From the NCBI RefSeq assembly GCF_001194135.2, contig NC_068981.1, positions 143,690,460 through 143,754,459 on the forward strand: a stretch of DNA of 64,000 bases. Reading direction: 5' to 3'. The position numbers were made by a program, and so were the translations under genes. The DNA is from Octopus bimaculoides. Its lineage: Eukaryota. Position 1 is the first letter of the stretch, and each line of letters opens with the position of its first letter. Positions 11,204 to 23,790 of the stretch are shown one piece after another. The notes beneath the pieces are model-generated. The model did not search any database. It saw only the letters and a program-made list of their open reading frames with translations, and was not told where the DNA came from.

Positions 11204-11400
11204 TGTAGGAAGTTTCTTGGAGTCCCAAACAAAAGAGTTCTTCTACGCCGAGATAATGGCGCTTCAGCACCGCTGGAGAAAGTGTTCAGCCATCGAGGGG
11301 GACTACGTTGAAAAATAAATCATTAGAAGTCTTGTACCATGTTTATTTATTTATTTATTTATTTATTTTAAGTCTCAAGACGTTTCAGACACCCCTCGTA
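11198..11400 (+). mobile_element. mariner 3' end with TIR, fused directly to the truncated hAT
   Basis: DAVGSFLESQTKEFFYAEIMALQHRWRKCSAIEGDYVEK*, then (TTTA)n and the terminus agacgtttcagacacccctcg-TA. Confidence 0.85.
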
Positions 11401-11649
11401 CGTTTTATATTCAATTTTCCAATACATTTAGCATTAAATATACAATATATTGATACAGTCATCTAATAAATACTAACACGGTTTTCTTGTCTCTTCACAT
11501 GTCTACCTCATGCAAAATCTATTGCAGTAATTCGCAAGTATGGGCTGGTAGTATGTGCCACGCTCTCGCAAATTCCTTTAAGAGTGTAATTAATGAGCAA
11601 ACATAATAAATGCCCTCTCGGCCCTCTCACATTTAACTTAGTGGAACAC

Positions 11650-11765
11650 ACAAGATGTGACAGTTGAAGTTACTGGCAAGCGGACATAATGTGTCACCGG
11701 ATCCAAAAATCGAACCCACGTTCTCATGATCAGAACAAGACCACACTAACTACAAAGCTATGTGC
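11650..11765 (-). mobile_element. SINE family C head, degenerate
   Basis: Minus strand gcacatagctttgtagttag...gtgggttcgatttt (B-box-like GGTTCGATT). Confidence 0.5.
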
Positions 11766-13131
11766 TTTCTATAGTTTAAACTATATAGCCTGAGCAAATG
11801 AGAGTTTTATCTCTTCATTTCTAGTCATAGAGCAATGCTCAAACTTTCTTCAGTACAGTTGATGTTTCGTTCGATACACGAATATCTTATCAAATACTCC
11901 AGCTTCAAACCAGAAAGTCATTTAATTTTGATATTTTTCAGAATTTATAGATTAAGTATAAGAAATCTATTCCAAACAAGTCTTACGAAATAATAATTAA
12001 AGCGAAAGATTTGCTAAGAGTTGGAAAATTTTAATGGAGTCTCTGGACTTCACAGAAATTCACTGGCAGATTTTCAATTATAAAACGCAATTGTTCTTAT
12101 CTCGACTTGTTCAAATATACAGTAATTCTTAACTCATAGAATTCAATAACAACTGTAACCAAATACCTCCTGTTACCATATTCCAAATGTATGTGCTTAT
12201 TAGTTCCTTTAGGTGTCTACCAATCACCGTTATGAGGTTTCTTCTATTTATATTGATGACATTCACATAATCGATTTATCGTCAGTACATGATTTATTCT
12301 AGTGTTAAGACATTTATGTCTTGCAACACGATTCTCAGACAATATAACTATGGGTTTGAGAGCTGTAGTTGTCTGGGTTCATAAAATGTCAATAAACAAA
12401 CTGAAGGCTCTGCACTATAACTGGAACAAACGTTTCTGATTGTTAATTCTCAGCCAACGCAATCGCTGTTGTTGTTCTTGTTGCTTAAACAAATCAGTTT
12501 TGATCAATCAGGAGGATTATCTGGTGTATTCAAACTGCGAAAAACCAATACTTTTTCAAGCATAACTTGTCTCGACCTTAAGACGAAAAGTTATGATTTG
12601 AGATAACTATGGCTGATATTTCTAGCTGTTCAAATGATCACACGGGGGCTATTTCCTTGATGCCTCATTCTCAGTTTAGGGGCTTGCATTGTACAGGCAG
12701 AGACAGTAGCTAATTAATTCAATAGAATCTCTGAATAACTTGCAGCTGATCCACGAATTAATCTGGTCCACATCGAAATCTTTTACTAGACTTGAGTTGT
12801 GATTTGACTGCTTCAAATGCCCTGAAAGATGGAATACACTGTAACTCACTAGCTTTCTTCATATTTTGAGACAACGAAAATGCATGAATCTATGAATGAA
12901 CCTCGATGCATTCACTTAATGCCAACATTCTGCGGAAATTTCGGTAAATGGAAACTATACAGAAGGCTCTCGGATGGATTCTGCACATAATTCAAAGTTT
13001 CAGCTTTGGCATTATGGGACATGTGTTACTCTGTCTCCACCCGAGTACACGTCATAGATACACATGTCTGTGGAATACACAGCCATTTTGCAGGCTCATT
13101 CAATAAGTAGGTTGTCAGCTATATATATACA

Positions 13132-13253
<122 letters not shown>

Positions 13254-14439
13254 TATATACTATGATAACACTATGACAAATCTATATGTGATGCGAGCAT
13301 GAGACCCCTTTTTTTAAAATCTGCTACAGTTTGATCATTTGACTAGCGACGACGCTTCGCAGTGCACAGAGTCAGGAGAGAAGGGAATACTCATGGCAAT
13401 TTTCAGGGTCTTCAATAAAAGTGGGAGAAATATATTTCAAAGGCAAGGAACTCGCCCTAATGCTTGCAATAGTTTGACCTCTGCTAAAGTCACTCAAGTT
13501 GCCCGTTGTCAGTGTTTAACCGAGTTATCTATTAAATAAGCTCCCCCACCACCCACAAAGACTAAGGCGGGATTAGCACCTGAAAGAGCCGTTACAGATA
13601 CCGTAAGAGGCTTCCGAACAGATATTCTTACTGTTCTGTGAATGCGTCGCTCTACATTAGAACTTTTTTTTCTCTCCGCCCCGAAAAAAATGAGATGTAA
13701 AGATGATTTCGACCGGTTTGAACACAGAAAGTAGTGTGTCTGAATTTATAACGACTTAGTTAATTTGCTGCCATCTAAGTTTCTCAGATTTATATAGAAT
13801 ATCTTCAAAGCTTCTCATATTTTAACATAACATCATTTTACTACAGATCTTCGCTAAAAATTCATCCAGATTTATCATTACTGTGTTGTATCAAGAACTA
13901 TCAGCATGGACAGTTATGTTTACCCCAGCCACTTAATTACTACATTTATCCTCATTAGACGAAATTTCTCTTCATTCCTTCAGTTCATTACTTTAATGAA
14001 CTTCCCTTTAGATTTATTGCTTTAGTCGAACAGATAAACGGATGCATTTATTTCATAGATATGCAGAAGGCTTCTGATGTTTGATACGGAAGAGTAGGTA
14101 ACACGTCGTTGTGTTTATGATTTCTATCTAAGCTTTAGTGCTATAATTAAAGAGAACTTATTAAAACTGAACATAAAAAGCAGGTAGCACATGAGCATGT
14201 GGGAGGCTTTTCTATGCGGTTGCTGTAAATACTAAAAGCAGAAGCCGAGTCTGTCTCTAATCATACAACATCTTTCCTGTTACAAGAGATTAACAGAAAT
14301 GTATTTCATTGGTACTAACAAACCTATTTAATTCTAGATCACTCAGTTTGTTTCATATCAAGTTGCCCTGATCTAGGAGAGCTATTATTATCAGAAGCAT
14401 TTAAGCGAAGAAGTGTCTACTGTTTCAGGCATAGTGTAC

Positions 14440-14590
14440 CTTTGACTACAGTATTCGATGCGTGTGTATCTTTTCAAAAGAAGGCAATGTTGTACACTAA
14501 TCTTGGAAAAAATCGAATGGCTACGTCTGGAATGCTTTTAATTATAGATTTCCTACGCAAGAGTTGAGTTGGGCCTAAGCAACATCAACA
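14440..14590 (-). repeat. Unclassified interspersed repeat (family D), degenerate; related copies at about 12465-12660, 26066-26140 and 60929-61130 (all +)
   Basis: Shared start gttgttgtt(t)a.ccc..gtca.c.ctgat...aaag.cattccag.c recognisable by eye in all four places. Confidence 0.4.
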
Positions 14591-14613
14591 GTAACTAGGG
14601 TTTGCATGCATAG

Positions 14614-14824
14614 GCAACCAGAACTTACTTCTACTTCACGATGTTCGATATGCTTTTGAACATTTCATTAAGGATCCAGATAAAGGCCTCAGATCAGAGG
14701 GAAAATCGTTCTCCATAGAAGAAAGGACAGCGCTCGTGACCCTTCTCGAGAGCACCGAGATTGGCACTGGGAATGAAGGACGTTATCATCAGGCCGAAGA
14801 CATGGCTCTAAAGATTGTATCTGG
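14614..14824 (+). CDS. Candidate isolated coding exon or old TE fragment; product unknown
   Basis: GC-richer island with a 77-codon open frame (between TAA 14592-14594 and TGA 14826-14828): GNQNLLLLHDVRYAFEHFIKDPDKGLRSEGKSFSIEERTALVTLLESTEIGTGNEGRYHQAEDMALKIVSG. Good donor GG|GTGAGC at 14824, weak acceptor. Confidence 0.25.
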
Positions 14825-17800
14825 GTGAGCTTTGTTTAAAATACCCCATGAACAAGGTTATAGAGTAAACCAAGCAGAGTATCATGTCTACTCTTAACAA
14901 ACAGTGATTGACTCTCAGACGTGCTACTGTTCATATTTTTCCACCTTACCATACTCTACACAAGACATAAATCAACTCAAGGCTATACTAAAATATACTT
15001 TCCCAAAATGCCGTACAGTGAAATTGAACATGGTACATCGTAATTCTGCATCAAGGCTCTTAATCACACATGCATGCAACTATTTTGCTTCTTGTTGAAC
15101 AGGTCACTCACATCTGCTTCGAAGAATGATTTTTGATGTAGGTTGCTATTTTTGTAGGAGGAAATCTCCATTCACAAGGTCTTGAATGGAGTTAACAGAA
15201 GCAGTAGCCGTTACAGTGATGGAGTAAACTACCTGCGGTAATTAAGTACGCCCCTTTCAATTCTGACTTAAAAATCTAATTGAGATCATCTTTGCCTAGT
15301 GCCGAACTAGTAACTAGTAAATAACAATCACGTCAATAATTCAATAGATGGTGAACCCCAATCCCTACAGGCTTCAGGCTTTTCTTCAAAGCAGGAAATC
15401 TTAAATAATTTGCTCTAATTAAGTTCATATTCATTTCTGAGTTCGAATCCAACAGAAAACAATGTTTGATTTTTAATCCTAATGGAATCAAGCAAAGAAA
15501 AGAACAGCGTACAGGACTCAGACCAATCAAACTATAGCTTCTGCGAAATTGTTAAACCTTCTACCGATTACAAAAGTAGTCATTATTTCCAAGACGAAGC
15601 CATGTCTGATCCAAGAAACAATTACTGTACTAGACATGGGTATACACATACATTCATACACATATGAATATGTTTATGCACAAATATATACTTAAATATA
15701 CCCATTCACACATTCACACACACACGCACAAACACACACTCATATTTGCACAAATATATGAATATATATATGTATGTGTGTATATGTGTATGTTTATATA
15801 TGTGTGTGCATGTGCGTTCGCACACGCGAATAGTTATGCATATAAAAGTGTCTATATATATTAACACATCCACATAAATTGAAAAATTTTTTTAGTTTGT
15901 ATACATGTGCATGTGTGCATGTTCACGTGTCCGTATATATATATATATATATATATATNNNNNNNNNNNNNNNNNNNNNNNNNNNNNNNNNNNNNNNNNN
16001 NNNNNNNNNNNNNNNNNNNNNNNNNNNNNNNNNNNNNNNNNNNNNNNNNNNNNNNNNNNNNNNNNNNNNNNNNNNNNNNNNNNNNNNNNNNNNNNNNNNN
16101 NNNNNNNNNNNNNNNNNNNNNNNNNNNNNNNNNNNNNNNNNNNNNNNNNNNNNNNNNNNNNNNNNNNNNNNNNNNNNNNNNNNNNNNNNNNNNNNNNNNN
16201 NNNNNNNNNNNNNNNNNNNNNNNNNNNNNNNNNNNNNNNNNNNNNNNNNNNNNNNNNNNNNNNNNNNNNNNNNNNNNNNNNNNNNNNNNNNNNNNNNNNN
16301 NNNNNNNNNNNNNNNNNNNNNNNNNNNNNNNNNNNNNNNNNNNNNNNNNNNNNNNNNNNNNNNNNNNNNNNNNNNNNNNNNNNNNNNNNNNNNNNNNNNN
16401 NNNNNNNNNNNNNNNNNNNNNNNNNNNNNNNNNNNNNNNNNNNNNNNNNNNNNNNNNNNNNNNNNNNNNNNNNNNNNNNNNNNNNNNNNNNNNNNNNNNN
16501 NNNNNNNNNNNNNNNNNNNNNNNNNNNNNNNNNNNNNNNNNNNNNNNNNNNNNNNNNNNNNNNNNNNNNNNNNNNNNNNNNNNNNNNNNNNNNNNNNNNN
16601 NNNNNNNNNNNNNNNNNNNNNNNNNNNNNNNNNNNNNNNNNNNNNTATATTACACGTAGTTATCTTCTGTTGTCCGCTTATATGTCTGTGCGCATATACA
16701 TTATAAGCCTCTAGGGATATTCATACTGAGATAAGCACACACATACACACATATACTTATATATGCGCGTGTGTGTGTGTATGTGAGTATGTAAGTAAAC
16801 AAACGTATCCGTGTACTTACATATGTGCATGTGTCTGTGTGTATATATATATATATATATTTATGTAGCGTGTGTGTATGTATGTTGTGTGTGTAGTCAT
16901 AGACTCATACATAAAAATAGACGCGTGTTTACATTGAAGCGCAACATAGTGCGTGTACGTATGCGGCATAATTATTTACGCCAGGTTTCAAACGATGTTA
17001 ATAAGGAGCTTTTACTACGATGCGCCATTCTTGATCTCATTAAAGTCATTATCAAGGTAGATACGCGGCATTCTCGTGGCAACTGTTTGACACGAATAAT
17101 CCGATAGTTGGTAGACCGCCAAATAAATGCTACATCGACCGAACTATTCCTAGCTATCGAATAAAATTTCCTTAGTAATAAGCAAACTTGGTGCTATGCT
17201 CTAGTGTCTTGCTTTGCAATATTTACCTTCTCGTCTTCTTAATTGTCTCCATTTATTTATGACACAAGGCGGTCCTCAAGTTCGTTTCACTCCAGAATAA
17301 TTTTCAAGGACCATTCAGAGGAGATTTGTTTTATTTTGCTTTTTTAATTTGGCGGATATTTTATAGTTTTTTTCGATGTACGTATATATATATATGTGTG
17401 TGTGTGTGTGTNNNNNNNNNNNNNNNNNNNNNNNNNNNNNNNNNNNNNNNNNNNNNNNNNNNNNNNNNNNNNNNNNNNNNNNNNNNNNNNNNNNNNNNNN
17501 NNNNNNNNNNNNNNNNNNNNNNNNNNNNNNNNNNNNNNNNNNNNNNNNNNNNNNNNNNNNNNNNNNNNNNNNNNNNNNNNNNNNNNNNNNNNNNNNNNNN
17601 NNNNNNNNNNNNNNNNNNNNNNNNNNNNNNNNNNNNNNNNNNNNNNNNNNNNNNNNNNNNNNNNNNNNNNNNNNNNNNNNNNNNNNNNNNNNNNNNNNNN
17701 NNNNNNNNNNNNNNNNNNNNNNNNNNNNNNNNNNNNNNNNNNNNNNNNNNNNNNNNNNNNNNNNNNNNNNNNNNNNNNNNNNNNNNNNNNNNNNNNNNNN

Positions 17801-18433
17801 NNNNNNNNNNNNNNNNNNNNNNNNNNNNNNNNNNNNNNNNNNNNNNNNNNNNNNNNNNNNNNNNNNNNNNNNNNNNNNNNNNNNNNNNNNNNNNNNNNNN
17901 NNNNNNNNNNNNNNNNNNNNNNNNNNNNNNNNNNNNNNNNNNNNNNNNNNNNNNNNNNNNNNNNNNNNNNNNNNNNNNNNNNNNNNNNNNNNNNNNNNNN
18001 NNNNNNNNNNNNNNNNNNNNNNNNNNNNNNNNNNNNNNNNNNNNNNNNNNNNNNNNATATATATATATATATATATATATATATAACTTCTCTTCCATTT
18101 TCATATTCTAATTAACTGATGTTCCAGAATATTTGGAATTCCGCCCATATAAGTTTCGCTAATATTGAACTTCCTTTTAATGTTTTATTATTTGAACAAT
18201 CATTATATAGCTACTATACTTCCCATTAGTAAGTAATCTACTTACTTATTTGAATTAGGCTATTCTTGAAATATTTTTAATTATCGGGGAGTGCCAGGAT
18301 CGGTACAGCTGACGGACAATGTGCCCCATTTTGCTAAAATGCCTCCTTGTATGTCTTGAGTTCCGATCCTGTCGAAGTCAATTTATGTATATGTGCGAGC
18401 GAGTGAGTCTGTGAGTTTTGTGTATATATGTAT

Positions 18434-18464
<31 letters not shown>

Positions 18465-19071
18465 CATATATATAGAAAATACGTATTCGCTTTTATATAT
18501 TTATATATTTAATCCTTTATATTGAACACTCAGTATTTCATATATTCAATAAGACATTCAATACTTCATTTCATTGTACCATCCATCTTTTTTTATATTA
18601 TATATCATATATTCCATATTCTATATTCCACATTAATATTACAAGAATATAAATAAAAAAAACATAAAAAGCAGACAGAGTTGGAACTCTTTTAAATAAA
18701 ATTATATATATATNNNNNNNNNNNNNNNNNNNNNNNNNNNNNNNNNNNNNNNNNNNNNNNNNNNNNNNNNNNNNNNNNNNNNNNNNNNNNNNNNNNNNNN
18801 NNNNNNNNNNNNNNNNNNNNNNNNNNNNNNNNNNNNNNNNNNNNNNNNNNNNNNNNNNNNNNNNNNNNNNNNNNNNNNNNNNNNNNNNNNNNNNNNNNNN
18901 NNNNNNNNNNNNNNNNNNNNNNNNNNNNNNNNNNNNNNNNNNNNNNNNNNNNNNNNNNNNNNNNNNNNNNNNNNNNNNNNNNNNNNNNNNNNNNNNNNNN
19001 NNNNNNNNNNNNNNNNNNNNNNNNNNNNNNNNNNNNNNNNNNNNNNNNNNNNNNNNNNNNNNNNNNNNNNN

Positions 19072-19113
<42 letters not shown>

Positions 19114-19984
19114 GAGAGAGATACATAAATAGATACATAGATAGATAGATATATGTATATGTATGCATGCATGTATGTATGCGTATTGAATGTGCATGCT
19201 TGCAGTGTTAGTTCTAATATTGTGACGTATATGCTTATGGCTTTCCGCAATTTTTTATCATCTGGATACCATATGTTCTAGAATGGTAAGAATTTGTGTT
19301 AACCTTGTAGAAATTAACTACGACGAAGCATAAAATTTGTTTATTGCACATTTTGTCACCTAGTTGCTGACAACCTTTCTTTAAATTACCAACCATTGAA
19401 AATAATCTTCACTAAGTAGTTTTATTTCCTTCTTGGTTGTGTTCACTTGTTGAGTGATTTAATATGTTGAATGTATTGCTATTTCTCTATGTTGCAGATG
19501 TCTTATTCAATGTTGTAACAGTACAATATTTGTCTAATAAATGGAGTTATATATGAAGTGGACAACGATCATGCATGTAAATGAATTCACATGTGTTTAA
19601 AGGTTTTTCCTAGTAAAACTAACGTGCTTATTAAATAGGAGACTGTTAGTATTACCAATTTCTAGTAATTTTCTATACGATTTTAGAAGATTCCAGTCCA
19701 CAAATGACCAGGTCAACAAAACCTTTATGCGTCCAATTAGTAAATACGAATCCTAAGTATATTATGCATGTCTAGATAAACATCAAATTTCAGTTATATA
19801 ACTCCCAGAGAACTTCCATATTTCCTCTCACAAAAGCAACATTTTGAAGCGCTCCAGAAAATTCCTACTGATACATTTAGGGAGTGTGGTTACAATGTTT
19901 ACTACTCAAACCTGAATTTCCAGTGTCTTATTCAGTAAAAGTTTTCTTATTTATACTCGATTGACCAATACCTTGTGAATGGAG

Positions 19985-20175
19985 TTTGATGGACAGATAT
20001 ATGTAACCATGTATGTATATATGTATGCATGTATGTATGTATGTATGTATGTATGTATGTATGTATGTATGTATGTATGCATGCATGTATGTATGCATGT
20101 ATGTATGCATGTATGTACTTCCGTATGTATGAATGTTTGTATGTATGTATGTATGTATATATGTATGTATGTATC
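19985..20175. repeat. (TATG)n tetranucleotide microsatellite
   Basis: Direct reading of the sequence. Confidence 0.9.
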
Positions 20176-21057
20176 TACTGATACACACACACACACACAT
20201 ACATATATATACATATATATATAATAACAATAAATAATATATATGCATATATGGATACAGGACGTCACCAACTGTGCAAACAACATGAAACACGTAAACA
20301 CACGAGTCAAATACGTAAACGACGAAAGGAAAATATGGAAAACAGAGCAAGCAAACACAGAGAAAGGATCATTCATCAGTTTTCGGCTGTCTATCCACTC
20401 CTCGTTTCGAGAATTCAGCGACAATATAAGTCTTCAAACACAGTTGCTCCCATAAATATTTCGATAAAATTTAGGATTCATGGAGGGTCTAAGTTGGGAA
20501 CAAAAACAGGACAGTGGAGACATACAAGGAAACCGAACGAAAAAAAACATGAAGGGTCGTTAGATCAGAACGAGAGGAAAATAGTGAACGATAGGAAGAA
20601 TATTTTTTTGAAAAGGGAGAAGCTAGAACACAGAGAAAAAAAAGTCCAGTCTTTTCAACGTCCCTGCAGGAAAAGAAAGATCGTCACGTGAGGAAAAGAT
20701 AGATAGACGACGGTCACGTGTGAGCAATGAGAAAGAGAAAAAACGAAAGAGGTGGATATTGAGAGACATATAGAAAACGGGGAAAGAGGAATGGCAAGAA
20801 AAATGGAATTAGAGAAGAATGGAGTAAGAAAACAGTATAGAGTAGAATCGCATCAAAGAGGTGAAGATAAACTTACTTCGAAATGGATGCATCGCGTTCA
20901 AGTAAATAATAATAATAAATAATATATATGTTTGTATGTATGCATCTACATATACATATATATCGTGCAGGAAAAGAAAGATGGACGATGGTCATGTGTG
21001 AGCAACGAGAGAGAGAGAGAGAAAAAGAAAGAGGGGAAGAGAAATATATATATATGC

Positions 21058-21088
<31 letters not shown>

Positions 21089-21363
21089 CGCACACACACA
21101 TATGTATATATGTATATATATTAATGTTTGTTTTATAGTGTACAAATATTTTGTTCTTAAACATGAGTATTATTGACAGTGAACTCAAAGTTTCGGCTAG
21201 CTAAGCCATCGCCAGCAGTGGGGTTCGTACCATTCGCCAATGTATATCAGTAAAAGATATACACATCGGCAAGGAAACAGATAATCAGATAATACTGTAT
21301 GTTCCAAGAAAATTATATCGAAATTTTTTATCCGACCGATTTTCACAGACATTCCACTCTTAC

Positions 21364-21419
21364 CTTGGCCATGCAAAAAGAGTAAAATAGTGATTGATCG
21401 CTTGGAACTGCCGATGCTA
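21364..21419 (-). CDS. Candidate 56-nt exon (ASAVPSDQSLFYSFCMAK)
   Basis: Acceptor ttttatatcttgcatatcatgatcag| after an AG-free zone of about 40 nt; strong donor AAG|GTAAGA; phase 1 in, phase 0 out. A second frame is also open. Confidence 0.3.
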
Positions 21420-21564
21420 CTGATCATGATATGCAAGATATAAAATTAAAACAATAAAGTAACTGAAAGAAGCTACATGAAACAAAGATTAAGAATATTA
21501 ACGATATTCCAATGCTTCAGAAGACAATCGTAAGTGCATTCAGAAACAAAGTTGCCTTTAGTGA

Positions 21565-21708
21565 CATCGTCGTCGTCGTCGTCGTCGTCGTTGTCACCCT
21601 CATCCTTCTCCTCCACCTCCTCCTCCCTCTCCTCCTCCTCCTCCTCCTCCTCATCATCATCATCATCATCAACAACAGCAGTAGCACCCCCACCACCACC
21701 ACCATCAT
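21565..21708. repeat. Compound trinucleotide repeat (GTC)(CTC)(CAT)(CAC); probable 3' tail of the adjacent minus-strand RTE
   Basis: Direct reading; it begins on the minus strand immediately after the RTE 3' end. Confidence 0.85.
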
Positions 21709-21709
21709 T

Positions 21710-22835
21710 TGTTTGAGTTTGCACGGATTTGCCCGACTCCTTGATATCATCTATCGTCATCCAACAGCTTTAGGGAGATGATCATCCCATGTCCTTACAG
21801 AGCTGGTCGTTAACAGCTTTTGTTGGACAACCGCCTTGAGTATATCCGTGCTGGAGTGTTTTCATTAGAGGGTATCTGATGAAGTCTGTGTTTTTTTTTT
21901 TAATTGGATCTTATTTCAAGTAATGTCCTCAAAACGCTTACACCTATCTCTGTATAGTGCTTCTTTGATCGGATTCTTTTTCCATATGATATTTGGAACT
22001 AACGCTAACATGACGTGTACACACATCATGTTTGATGTTTGCTTTATCAGATGACCAACACAATAATATTTATTCCGCAGTAGCAAGAAGTAGTCTCTTA
22101 AGATTGTCAAGTATTCGCGAAACAGATTTTTACATCTTTTATCAGTGTATGTGATAGTTCCTAAGTGCTTACAAAAGGTTGCAAATTTCAAAAGGTTTTG
22201 TTTGATTATACTTACTCAGCCCTTGCAACAGTAGATGTAGAAGATGTCTTTATGTGAATGTCTCAACATCTGTTAGGCATTTATGTAAAGATCAATCCTT
22301 TTTGTCATTTTTTGTAGACCAGGTAGAAGGACAATAGCTTCCAAAATGGTATCTGTTAACATAGCTACCTGTCCAACATAATTTGTGTTTGTTATGTTTT
22401 TAAATTGTGAAAGAGGGAACTGGATTTTGTTTGAGTGAAGGTCAAAGTGTTTCATTTATTTTGTCATTTGAAGTGCAAAGGATGTAATGTACGTACATGA
22501 TAAATAGTGAAGATGCTAGTGTAATGCCTTGCAAAACGCCTACATTGAAGCCCCAAGAAATCAGTTTTCTTAACAAGTATTCATACTTTTGCTCTGATAC
22601 TCTTGTAAATTATCCTTGCTACTGCTACTAGTTTGAGTGTAAGAACTTAACTCTCCCTTTTTCCTCGATGGAGGGGATCGAAAATGTTTGAGGAGTCTCC
22701 CAAGAACATGCTTGTATATTTTTAACCTATACTTTCTTAGTAATTCTTCTAACGGCTGACATCTGTCCGACCGACGATCAATTTTATTCTGAACCTGTTT
22801 TGCATTTGTTTTCAGCATCAAATACTATGTTATAT
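21710..22835 (-). mobile_element. RTE-clade LINE remnant (RT domains 2-7 and C-terminus), heavily decayed
   Basis: FNVGVLQGITLASSLFIMYVHYILCTS (GVLQGDTLAPYLF type); ITNTNYVGQVAMLTDTILEAIVLLPGLQKMTKRIDLYINA (decayed ITDADYADDIALLAN...IGLHVNA); FCKHLGT (FxYLGS). Confidence 0.7.
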
Positions 22836-22899
22836 CCAAATAGTATCAGATATACTGAAAAAAAGAGACCGTTAAACATGATTTTGACATTTAACTTGC

Positions 22900-23790
22900 C
22901 GATTTCAAATTAGAGGAACTTACAGAGGCAATGAAAATAACGAAATGAAAACAAGAAACCATTTGGCTTTCACGACAAACCACCAGGAATCTGGTTACCT
23001 GGTCTACACAACACCCTTCTAAAATCATAGAAAATGGTGGTCAGCTTTTAAAAGTAGGCTATTCAACATAATTTTGGATATGTGGGAAACAAATAGTAAC
23101 TGCAGATATAAAGGATATTTTCATTGGTACAATCTTTTAGAAAGGAAATCGCAGTTTTGCTGGAAACTATCACGGCATATCTCTACTCTCCATCCTCGGG
23201 AAAATATTTGGCTAAATACTGTGCAACCGTCTTTTAATCACCTTGAAAAAAGTGCTGCCAGAGAATCTCAGCAAGAGTTTCGAGTCTCTCGCAGAAAGTT
23301 TGACATGTTATTCTATGCAAGACTACTATAGAAAAAATGCAGAGAACAACAATAAATTCTCCTATTGATCTATAATCTCAAAAAACCTTTCGAAACCGTA
23401 CCATATACAGCTATGAGAAGATTCAGATGCCCAGATCTTTTGTGACACTCATGAGTACCCCAGAATGACATAAAATAATGGGTGACACATCGAGACAGGC
23501 GATATCCCGAGTAACGGCGGTTCAAATTGCGCATGTATACTCCTCGCAACTTTGTTTACCTTGTACCTTGTAACCATGTTCCACAAATTTCAACATAACA
23601 ATCCCAGTTTCCAGTGCTGATTTCTACTATAACGACTGACCAGTAGTCACTGTATCGTCTCATTAACCCGAAAATACGCTAAATTCGGCCAGTAACTTCA
23701 AAATGCGTATGATCGCTGCAGTACGACATTCAATATTCAGAAGACCAAAATATTCGCACAACTCAACCGCCGGAATCATAATTCCTCACC
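22900..23790 (+). mobile_element. Second RTE-clade (BovB-like) LINE remnant, RT domains 0-6
   Basis: GNYHGISLLSILGKIFG; ESQQEFRVSRRKFDMLFYARLL*KKCREQQ; KKPFETV; SNGGSNCACILLATLFTLYLVTM; FNIQKTKI. Confidence 0.75.

Noticed and set aside
15112-15232. Possible fifth minus-strand exon VVYSITVTATASVNSIQDLVNGDFLLQK*, phase-compatible and with LxNGxF as in MALT1
   Set aside because: An in-frame TAG precedes the GTGAGT donor; it only works as an internal exon if one A is removed from a 5-A run. Too speculative without reads.
16985-17056. Plus-strand exon candidate VSNDVNKELLLRCAILDLIKVIIK (similar isolated acceptor/donor hits at about 7630, 19500, 24690 and 30446)
   Set aside because: Mediocre or missing partner splice sites, early stops or several open frames, and no recognisable homology; expected by chance in 64 kb.
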